Shown: positions 1 through 11,700 of the stretch, in pieces
Layout: each line of letters begins with the position of its first letter
Position numbering within the stretch: position 1 is the stretch's first letter
Assembly (NCBI GenBank): GCA_040954595.2
Contig: CM082592.2
Location: 8,667,677-8,731,676, forward strand
Direction: 5' to 3'
Length of the DNA stretch: 64,000 nucleotides
Source: Balanoglossus misakiensis
Lineage: Eukaryota > Animalia > Hemichordata
Program-made: the position numbers and the translations under genes
Notes under the pieces: generated by a model
Databases searched by the model: none
What the model saw: only the letters and a program-made list of their open reading frames with translations
What the model was told of the DNA's origin: nothing

Positions 1-183
1 CTCAGATATTTGAAATTAGGTCGACAAAACTTGATGGATGTACATGTCGGGTGAAGAACAGACACTTGTCTGATAAAATATTGATTTCTGTGTTTTTGTT
101 CCCTGATTGTAATTGTCATGTCGTGATTCTTGAATCTTTCTGGTCGCCTGGGTTTGTTGCTTGACTGGTCGGGACGGACTCAG

Positions 184-3100
184 GTATGCAATGAAGTGTT
201 TAGACAAGAAGAGAATCAAAATGAAGCAAGGAGAGACACTAGCCCTGAACGAACGCATCATGCTGTCTCTGGTCAGCGAGGTAAGCCAGCATTTTTTTTA
301 ACAAACAACAGCAAATGAAGATAATTTTCAAGATATAGTACTTTGTATAAGTGTATAAGTGTATTGCATGAACAGAACTCCAGTGTGTCACATGCCATTG
401 TGAAAATGTACAGAATTGAAAAAACAATAAAATATAATGTTTCTCACAATGATAATAATATTTGTGTGTGTGTGCGTGTGTGTCTGGGTGTGTAATTATA
501 AACCATGAATACAAACACCACTCCCCGACACTGCTGCCTAAGCCTCACAGTAATTTACTGCCTATTTTATTTGAAGTTGGCTACTGCAGATATTTTTTTT
601 TCTCTCTCGCTTTGGTGAACCCTATTTCTGTTCTGGTCACGCAGTCTCTCTCTTGCAACTTCCCCTCACAGCTTAATGGAGGAAGCCTTCATTCAGCTGT
701 ACCACAAAATGACCGACAAACGGCCGTCATTATGGCAGATTACAAATAATTTAGCAGCTTTCCATGACTTGTTCGAATCTCAGGGAAACTTACAATATTG
801 GGATCGTTGCCAATCTGTTTTTAATGCCCGATGTTTCGGGTAAATAACCGGGAAACGATCAGATAATATTACATAAAGGATTGACTTGTTATGGTACCTT
901 CTCCCCAAATACTTTTATTTTACTGAGCTGTTCATCCAGCTAAGTAAAATCAGTCACCCTCAAAACTATAAACGTGATTATTGGGCCAGCTGTCTGCAGC
1001 CGCACATCTGAATGAAGGCTTCCCACAGTTGTAAGCTTGTAATATTCCTGCTGAATACCCGTCTGTGTAATAAATATCCTGTTGTTTTTTTTATTTGATT
1101 TCACGGTCTGCTGATATTGACTGTTTCCTGGTGATGTGACTGTCTTGTTCATGGTTAAACAACAGTTGCCATAACTTGTCAAATTGGTTTCATCAGATGT
1201 GTAATAAAGTTTCATTGAGTGTGTTTCGCCTGTTAAACTGCAAAAGATTAATCTCCAGTTTTGTTTCTGCGTTTCTCTCAGCAGTTCTAAGCGGTTCCTG
1301 CATAGCAACTGGCTTTGCTCCTGTACGTGTGGCGGCCATGTTGAATACCAACATGGCCGCCGCCACCAAAACAGCGAACTCGTACCAGTGCTTTCAGTTA
1401 CCCGAATGCTACCATGAAAACAAAAGCAAAAAATCAAGTTCTGTATTTTTAACGATAAACACAGCTTTTCAGAAAGCATCAGTGAAACTTTCAATGCAGA
1501 TGACTCTTTGATAAGGGGTGGTGGCGTTGCTTCTGGCGAATTTGGGGTGGTTGCGTTTGTACTTTTTAAAAAAGAGTTGATGACATAAGCACTCTCTGTA
1601 CTGATCTTATGACACCCTTGACTTTAGGTGGACAGTCCGTTTGTAGTGTGCATGACCTATGCATTTCATACTCCAGAGAAGCTGAGTTTCATACTGGACT
1701 TAATGAGTGGTAAGGCAACAGGCTAGATTGATAGCTAAGTTTAGATGAATGTATCGATAAGAAAAAAAAATCCCCCAAAAGTATGTCTGTTGTGTGGACG
1801 AACTGCTCTTGGAAGGAGGGGGGGGGGGCTCTGCACTCAAGCCTGAACCTGTTCCGTGTGATGACACATCGCTAAGTTGAAACCTTTCGTTATATGCTTT
1901 TGACTTGTTGGGTTTGTACGGCTAGATTCAGCTGTCGCAAACAGGAATTACATTATAACAATCGGGGTGTTTTTAAAAACGGAGAATACAGGTTCATGCG
2001 AGGGCGCACTCTCTCTCCGCCAGGCGCAGTTCCGTCCTATCTGTATGGTTAAGCTGTTCCGTACCCTTCTTCAGCCCTTGATCTAATCTCCGCATGGCAC
2101 GCACACATCGGCCACCAGATTAGATTGGAAGGGCTTTGGATGTTCGTGAGACTTGTTCTCTTACAATGTGGTCTTGTGCCTGTAGGTGGACAGTCCATTC
2201 ATTGTCTGTATGACCTATGCCTTCCAAACACCAGAGAAGCTCTCTTTTATACTGGATTTAATGAATGGTAAGAAGTGTTTCAATGTGTGTGTTATACATT
2301 TAATAAAAAACACAACATAAACAAAAAAAACATACTCCATTCATTTCCTTTTCTTCTTTTTTTTTTTACTTAGCTGTCATATTTTTTCCCACATTCAGTT
2401 CAAACCAAGGCATTCGTGTGATTTGTTGACGTAGAAATTATCTATTTTAGCTGTCAGTGGTATCATTTTTTTAGGTGTTGTATCTCATACTGTGAGTCTT
2501 GTACCATTGGTGCATACTTGCTAATTCAGTCTGTGAAATCTGCTCCATCAGACAAACTTGGCTTTCCATACTGTGTTTGGTGTATCTGTCTAGACTAGTC
2601 AGAAGATCATTCAGTTACGTTGAATTCCTTGGTTTGTTTGCTCTTTCCAATTCACACTTTGCATCAAGATGTCTCACTCTATTAATCTTATAATTCATTT
2701 TAAAAAACACCAATGACAAAACACGCCTAACTTCAAATGAAAATTCAAACTTTTATTTCAGAAGCTCTTTGCAAACACTACACTTACCATCAAAAATTAA
2801 TTTTAAATCCTTTTTATGTTAAATCCAGTAGTTGGATTGTTAGACTATTGCGAATGGCCGCCAACTTCTGATAATTCATAGTTTCTCATCGTGCCCATGC
2901 AGTGTAGCTGCTCAGACCTTCAGGCTGTATGGAATTAATTACAGATAGTTTGGAAGTGGTTTAGTATCCAACAAGGCTCCATTCTGTCTCAGCGTTTTTC
3001 TACCCAACCTTCAGGGTACTATTATGATGAAAGATTCTGTGAAAGTTTCTGTTCACAATTCATCACAATTTCCCCCCCCCCCCCAAAAAAAGTACAAAAA

Positions 3101-5737
3101 TTAAATTTACACTGAAATTGCCAGCAGTGCTAAGCACTGAAACAAGTTAAGTATTTTCTGTTCCCCCACACCTCTCTCACATAATACACTGTAGTTAACT
3201 CATGAATTTTCTAACTTCAAGAACATTTAAATTCTGTGTACTCACTCCCCCTGGATTCTTTAAGACTTGAATCATCTAAATTAACCTCTCAAGACATATT
3301 CCAGAGGGGTGGTGGTTTCTAACCAGCATCAGCTGCCAATTACAACAGGTTTCCTTTTCTGCTGGAAATATAGCTCTGATACAAATGTTTAATCCGTGTC
3401 CTGTTTACAGGCCCTCAAGGGTTTCCCGGTCTTTCATTGTCGTACATCTTTCCTTTGTGTCACATTGTCTTCCCTGTGTTGTCACTGTCTGTGTATTGTG
3501 AAAGAAAAAAATTAAGAGTAGAACTGACCTTTTTTGTTGATATTAGCTGTCGGTGGTGATAAGTCACTAATATATACATGTAGTCTTAAAGGTCTGCTCT
3601 GGTGGTCGGTTCTCATCTTTAAAAGATGCTTAGTTTTCTGTGACACGCTATTTCCAACGAGTCGTTCGTGCTTAGTCCTTCACCCGTAGATCGGATTTGT
3701 TCATTTGTCTGTCTAGCTGAAAGCATTACGCGAGGATACTCATTCAGGTGTAAGCTTCTTTGCTTTGAATATAGAAGCATACTTCCTGTCAATTGAAGCT
3801 TAGCTCATTGATGTTGTGTAGGCTTATGCAGGCTTGCGGTGAAAAAAAATGGCCGCAAAACGGCAATCGTGAATTTAGACTTTGTTCTGTCTGCTTGTGT
3901 TACTCATTATTTCGTGTATACCAATCTGCCAATAAAAGTGAATAATTCAGAAAGCTATATAGTTTAATATTTTGAAGACCTTCATTTGGAAACACGGTAT
4001 ACACCTTGTCAGGTAGGGGAAGACAGTGGGAACAAATTTATAGTCCTGAAGATTTCAGTGTGTCACAGAAAACATAGGCATCTATATGAGCATGTCTTGA
4101 AAAAAAAATTGAAAAAATTTGAACGCTCCCTGAATTTTTTTGTTCTGTTTTTGTTCTGCTTTGATGCAGGTGGCGATCTGCATTATCACCTCTCGCAACA
4201 CGGCGTGTTTTCGGAAAAACAAGTGCAATTCTATGCTGCGGAGATCATTCTGGGACTAGAGCATATGCACAACAGATTTGTCGTCTACCGCGACTTGAAA
4301 CCGGCCAACATTTTACTGGACGAGCATGGACACGTGCGAATATCCGATCTCGGCCTGGCCTGCGATTTCTCGAAGAAGAAACCACACGCTAGCGTCGGGA
4401 CGCACGGGTATATGGCGCCCGAGGTGTTGTCTAAAGGGACGGCGTACGACTCCAGTGCAGACTGGTTCTCATTTGGATGTATGCTATACAAATTACTCAA
4501 AGGGTGAGTGTAGATTTTTGGATTGGGTCTCCGAGATTTTTTGGTGGGTCTGAAGTTCCATATAGGGACATGGAAAGATGGATTATAATCATGCAAAATG
4601 GCAGGTATCAGATGATGAAAAATTACACAATGATAAGAAGAAAAACTCTTAATTCATAATATTACATTTTGGAGGTGGAAAAACAGTAGATACCAACAAT
4701 TTTATCTTTTTCTGTGAAGAGCTGTAGGTTACCCTCTGTTTTCATTGGTTTAAAAAATGTGAAAGAAATCTCGTCCTTGTCAGTGAGAGCATCTGGCTGC
4801 TCAGTTCACCTGTGGAGATGCTTGAAAAAAGAATTTTCAACAGAACAGTATTGGCTTGCCTGTTGCACACATCTGTAGAGTAAAATTTCCTGCCAGTCGT
4901 TTGGTCCTCTGAATAAATCCCGCAGTTGCTTGTTTCTTATTGTGCGTGTTAAATAGCTGTAATAACAAATAATCATGAATCCATGCAGTGCATTCATGTG
5001 TGAAACCACGATCCGGTGATGTAAATTAGAGTGCGTGGCTGATGATAATAGCTGTTTGCATTCTCTGTATTTCAACACATCGCCCCATTTTTTCCCCCCA
5101 GTAGATCAGAAAGAATATGTGTTTCCACACCCACTCATTAAAAACCGTCCGCCCTCTCAAAAAAAAAAGTTGAAAATTTTGTGGACAGGTTTTAATCCCA
5201 TGTCTGAGAAATTACCTGTATTACCCGTTTCTGTGAAATTTTCCCCAAAGGATGAGAGCATTATCATGCTACAGCGCAACGCCATATGGTAGTTTAATCT
5301 GGTGCGTTCCCACGTGAAATCAGTGACTGATTGTATTCTCATGCTTTTACCTGTGTTGCCCAATCAGTCCTCACAGGCACAGACAATCTGACAAATGCAG
5401 AAGAGGAAAAAAAATACACAACTAGAATCACCCGAAACTAATTACTTTCTCTCTTTTTTTCATCGCTCTCCTCCGTGTGTTTGCTACAGTCACAGTCCCT
5501 TCAGGCAGCATAAAACCAAAGATAAACATGAAATAGACAGAATGACCTTGACAATGGTAAGTTGACAATCTCCCTCGGGTGACCTCAATATATTGTCGCT
5601 TTGTTGAATAAAATTGAAGTCATACAACATCTTGCTGTTTTGTGTGTACCTTTCTTGCAGTATTATTACTTGACTCTGAGATGACCTGATGAAATAACAA
5701 GAACATTTCATGCAAGATTTGAATAATATTTGTCTTG

Positions 5738-5771
<34 letters not shown>

Positions 5772-8700
5772 TGTATGTATGTATGTATGTTGCTATGAAA
5801 AAGCTACCATCAGAACATGTTGTGCCCACTGCCAGTATATACATGTATCTAACTCTGCCGGAAGATCTAACTCTACTACCCTCTCCTTGCATTTAACCAG
5901 GATGTGGAATTTCCTGATTCCATGTCACAAGAAATGAGGAATCTACTTGATGGATTACTGAAGAGGGAAGTCTCGGAACGGTGTGGATGTAGAGGCAGAG
6001 GGTAAGTCGCCATGACAACAGCAAAGAGGTGAACAGAGCATGAGAGAGACATAGAGAGAGAGAGAGCGGGTGCATTTAGAAAACCTGTCTCAAAAAAGCC
6101 TGAGACTTTCTTCAATGCCTGTGAATTAAAGTTTCAGGTTACTTCATCTGAAATGTCAATTTGGTCATTCGAGACATTCTTGAATGTTCATTTCATGGGC
6201 TGTGAATCGACAAGAGACAAAAGGCTTCCATTTCCTGTCGATCATTCAAATGGCAATGTGTCAAAATTGAAACACGGTATTTTAATGTGGCGTGCAACAG
6301 TAAACAGAATTTTGTTTGATGCTCGTGTTCGAAAGAGAAATAAAGTCTTGCCGTGAGACACATTTGCCATTTGAAGGCGAGATGAGAATCTGGGGGTTCT
6401 TGTTTTTCTTCGACAGATATCGTACTTTGTCCCTCTGTAATCCCCGTCAATGTAACTTGTCACGCGCTGCTTTCTAGTTGGCCTCAGTGGATTAATCCTG
6501 CCAGCTGTGCTGAGCAGACCCCCTTTCTCAAACGGCAGAGTCGAGAGCAGTGCAACAGGGTATAACAGTCCCTTCACACAGAAAGTGTGTTAAAGGGTCA
6601 TATTGACATCTTCCTTGGAGATATTCCGGCAACGGTAAAACCTGTCCGAACCAAACCATCTCTAGTCTGGAAACCTGTCTATACGGAATATCTTTTCGTG
6701 TCCCTTTGATATAAACCACATGTTAAAGGTTACAAGCTTTGAATGATTCCTGTTCTCTGAATAAACACGTAGAGGGAAGAGTTGAGAAAGTTTTTAAACA
6801 CAGCCGAAGTGTTAGCATGCAAATTGCTTATCACGAGGGTCTTGTGTGAATTGAAACAAATTGCTCTGTACCATGACCCCTGATTTTGTATTCGCAAAGT
6901 TAAATTGGTCAGTCATGGTGGCTGTGAGAAAAAGTGTGTTGAAGTAAGAAATTTATGACCACTGTAGACTACAACCCCTAATCATTTCTCTGTCCGTCCC
7001 TCCCTCCCTCCCTCCCTCCTTCACTCCTGATACAATATAACTTTATCATTTATGCTATCCTCAGAGCCTGTGAATTGAAAGAGCACCCGTTCTTCAAAGG
7101 GATAGACTGGCAGCAAGTTTACCTTCAAAAGGTGAGGTTGATCGAAATCACGAAATGTCATTGACCAGATATAGAATTGAGACGTGTGGATGAGTTTCTG
7201 GTGTATAGCTGTTTTTGTCCTTGATGACTGAAAGATACAAGATTAAAGGGGCGTCGCGCTTTGCACGGCGAATCTGGGGGCAATTTCACATGTAGAGAGC
7301 ATTCTAAGAAGAAAAAAAGAGCACTATTTATTCGTCTTCAATTATGAGAGTTCTACAGTCATTAAATACTCACAATGGAATATATTGCCGGCATACGGCA
7401 GGAGAAGGGGAAAAAAGGAATAATTTATTGCCGGTGTCGAGTTGCACATGTCAACCGCATTACACGTCAGCAATAGAGCACCACATGGTTGTGAAACACC
7501 ACCATTGTGAAGGGAATACGGTAATGACGGAGTTTCACATACGTTCAATGTTTGTTTTGGGTAACAAATCAAATCAGATGATCTGCCTCGTTCCTTTTAT
7601 TGCCCTGTTTGTGAAAAAATGGAGGTTGAATTGCAAAATTTTATTCAGCGGTTGGCTGTAGTCACAAAATGGCATAATATTGTGTGTGTTTGGGGAGGCT
7701 ATGATTGAAGGTTCGACAATTTTGGGTTAATATTACTTCCATTGATCCAGAAAACTCTTTTTTTTTTCTTCTATTGGACAACAGTATCCCCCACCACTGA
7801 TACCACCAAGAGGTGAAGTCAATGCTGCTGATGCTTTCGATATTGGATCTTTTGACGAAGAAGACACCAAAGGAATCAAAGTAGGTCTTTGTTTATCCCA
7901 GAGAGATATGTCACTAGTTTTGAAAAGCAGTAGAACATTAGTTTGCTTGTATTGGTTTTGGTGAAAGGGAGTGGCATGGCAGGAATGCATTATCGTTGAC
8001 CACAAAAAAAAATTACATCATCTGATCACGTTGATCATTACCGTACCATCGATGACAACTCCCAAGGGCGTGCTTTCATAAGAAGGCACCTCATTTGCAT
8101 ATAGATAGAACGCATACAAGGTGACGCGTACCTGTTCTCAGTTCAACTCGCGTGACGACGAGCATTGAAATTTTAATGCATCGAATCACGTAATGTCGTT
8201 AGCATCCCTCTTGCACTGATCGGGCGCGTCACAAACTCGCGTAGTGTGAACAGCGCCCCCAACATTGATTATGAAAGTTGTGTTCGACCGTGGATGTACC
8301 TGCAGCTGGAATTAGTTACGCTATATCACTGATACACTACACTGTATAACCGTGTTATCAACATTTATATTCTTGTCACAGCTAACAGAGGCTGATCAAG
8401 AACTCTACAAGAATTTCCCTCTCGTCATATCGGAGAGATGGCAACAAGAGATTGCAGAGACTGTCTACGAGACAATAAACCAAGATGCCGATAAAGCAGA
8501 GGCGAAAAAGAAAGCCAAGAAAAACATGCAACCTGATGAAGGAGGTGAGAGTCCCTCTCTATTAGCAGAACACCTGAAAAAGACATTTTCGCAAATTTGC
8601 GTCTCTGACGACGTCGTTTGGCGCAACTGAAAAAAGTACAATCATTTTCGGTACATACCTTCCCTAAAATTGTGATGAACAGTGTCACCAGGCAACATTT

Positions 8701-11700
8701 TTATGTTTTCATGAAAAGGAATGTAATCAAAAGTGTACCTTTAAGGCTTCTGGAATCGAAGAGCTAAAATTAAACTCCGAAAGAGGTTTATGTTTTTCCA
8801 AGTCGGGCCTTTCTGTTAACCTAAAAGTTGAGGTTTTAACATGAATCATGCTACAGTGTAAGAGATGTTGCTACAATGAAACAGCTCATGTTACAATGTT
8901 GCAAATTATGCTATAGTACTGTTACAGATTGTGTTACATTGTTACAGACCATGCTACAATGTCACAGATTGTGTTACAATGTTACAAATGTTGTTGCAAT
9001 GTCGTTCCACCCACAGAGTATGCACTCGGCAAGGACTGCATAATGCACGGTCAGATGTTGAAACTCGGAGGCCCGTTCCTGACTGCCTGGCAGAAAAGAT
9101 ATTTCTATCTCTTTCCCAACAGATTGGAATGGCAAGGAGAAGGAGAAAAGGGGGTAAGCAATTCCAACAGCAGAGGAAGAATAACTTACTAGTTTGGTAG
9201 AAAAATACAATTTAATCTGCCTATTATTCAAAACGTCAAAGTAATGGCCGCATTTGGCTTATTGTGTTGTGCTTTACACCAACCAATTGAAAATGAACCA
9301 TTATACACAATCAAACCCAATCAACCAAGATTGATGTCTTTTAATAAAATGTTTGTTTTACAACAGCTGCTATTTATCGTCCGTAGCTGTGCTCGCCTGT
9401 GGAGAGAATGTTTTGCAGAAATGTCCTCCTTAGCTTGTTCATTTCTGAGTGAGCAAGAGCTCTTCACAAAACTAATCTGGCCGATTAATTCTCGATTTCG
9501 AAGTGCCCGCTGACAGGAAGCACTCAATGTGCTGTTGGTCCGACACTTGTATGTAGTCACACTGCATGCATACCATGCACCATTCACGTCTCTCCTAGAT
9601 TCTCAGCAATTGGAGTAATCGCCATATGATAGATGTGGTCGTGTCTGCAGAGTAAATGCTATTTTGTTTACTCGGCACAATAACACGATTAATTTCAAAT
9701 TGCGCGTCATTTTATCGACCGCAAAAGAATTAATCTGCACAAGTGCGACATCTGCAAATGTAGGTCACCTAGGACTGAAGATTTCACCGACGGCACAGAG
9801 AAGTTGACAGTGATTGATGGAATAAACAAAAGCTATCCACCAAACTTGTAACTCTGCAATGTTGCTGTAATTGATCAAAACATGGAAATTTATTTTATCT
9901 ACTGCAACTTAGTTCATTCTAAATAGGATTGTGGCAGATTTTATTGATGGATCGATTGAATTATTGATTGATTGATTTCCAAAGAAAACATCTCTACAAA
10001 ATGAGGTCAGCCGTCACTGCCAGCAAATGGCGGGAAAATGTCACCATTTTCATTTTGTTTCCATGTGTAAGATGAGCCATTCCATATGACAGAGAGGGGA
10101 GCGAACATTCATTGTCGGCTAGAATGTCATGTGGGTGCCACCTTTCATGCAGAAGTAATGGGCCATGCGATATTTCACCAACCAGTCCTTTTTTCTGGGT
10201 GTTCCTGTCATAGTACGGACTCATGCAGCCTTTACATGGCCACGTGTAGTATTAATATTCAAGTCGAGCAGTTTCAAAGCTTCATATGCTTTCACTGCAC
10301 ACACACCATTTCACCGTTAACGCCATACCCATTGTCTTTTGTTTCAGCAGAACATTTTAACGATGGAGCAAGTGGTGTCGGTGGACGAAACTACAATAAA
10401 AAACTTCAAATGTATTCAGTTAAAAGTAAAAGGAGGCAAACAGTTTGTACTTAGGACAGAGGTGAGATACTGTCACCCTCAACTACCCCCACACCCTTCC
10501 ACCCCCCTCCACAAACCAAATGTGATAACCCGCACATGGGTCATCCCATTTGGACAGCACTGGGTGGAAGGGTGGTACGTTTCACCTTATTTCAGCATGT
10601 GTCTTTGTATTTTCCCCCCACTTTACAGAACAGCAGTATTGTTACTTGGGACAAGGTCACCCATATCGAGGAAGGCCTCGTCAAAGAGCATAAGTGTATA
10701 AAGATTCACGCCGAACATGCCACCAAAAATAAACGAGGGCAGCTCGTTCTTAAGGCTGAGGTATGAGGAGTGTGTGTGTGGTTTTTAAAGGGTTGGACTG
10801 CCGTTGCCTTGAAACATCTGCTATGGATTTTTCGGGTCCATTCTCGCTGCTAACGTTCACTAATCAAAATGTGTCATCCGTGATTACTTGCCCATTTTTT
10901 GCTGACTGTGCACTAATTTGACTTTGGGACAGATGCTACTAACACCCACAAAAGACGCCAAGCAGGTGAACTATCAAAAAATGAGTTTAAGCAGGCATTT
11001 GAGAAGAAAATTGAAGACTTTTCTGTCAGCGTAATTTATTTTACCAAAACGATCAAAATCTATCAGAAGGTGCTATCGGAATTTCTGGAGGTGTGATGAC
11101 GTATCTTTGTAGTTTGCTGTGCTTATGAAGTATCAGGTGCAACCTGCTGAAAAATTCAAAACGTGCACTTCTGTCTTGCAACCAAACTTTCCACTTTTGT
11201 GTTTGAACCAGCTGTAGTAGTAGCATCTTCCATGTTTTACCATTGATTCCACAACTAACATCGCTTTGATTAACATTGTTTGTGAATTTTTTTTCTCGTT
11301 TCTAATTTAACACCAAAGTAATGTTATTTTATGTTACATGTTTGGCAAATAAGCTCACGCAAACCTCTATCAGACAAATCTGCTCTCGGACAACATGTAG
11401 ATAATGATGCTATCATTTGCCCATACTTTTGCTTTACCCTCCCCCACCCACCTCCCCGAACACCCTGCCTACCTGCATAGTTCTTGCATGTCAGCAGGTG
11501 GAATCTCCGCGACAAGAAAACAGAGTGAACATGAAAGGACCTTTAATGACTGTGGATAAACGTGGAGTTAGTGTTTCTGTATTGTCCCTTGGCAAGTCTG
11601 ACAAATTGGTTTTCCTCGAGAACATTTTTCGATTTGTATGAGGTTTGTTGTGTAGGTTTGGGAGGCTTTGTACATCGAACAACAGCGGTCGGTCGACCTA

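Noticed and set aside
940-1511. 184-aa (-) and 111-aa (+) ORFs inside a GRK intron
   Set aside because: No motif or recognisable homology; likely chance ORFs
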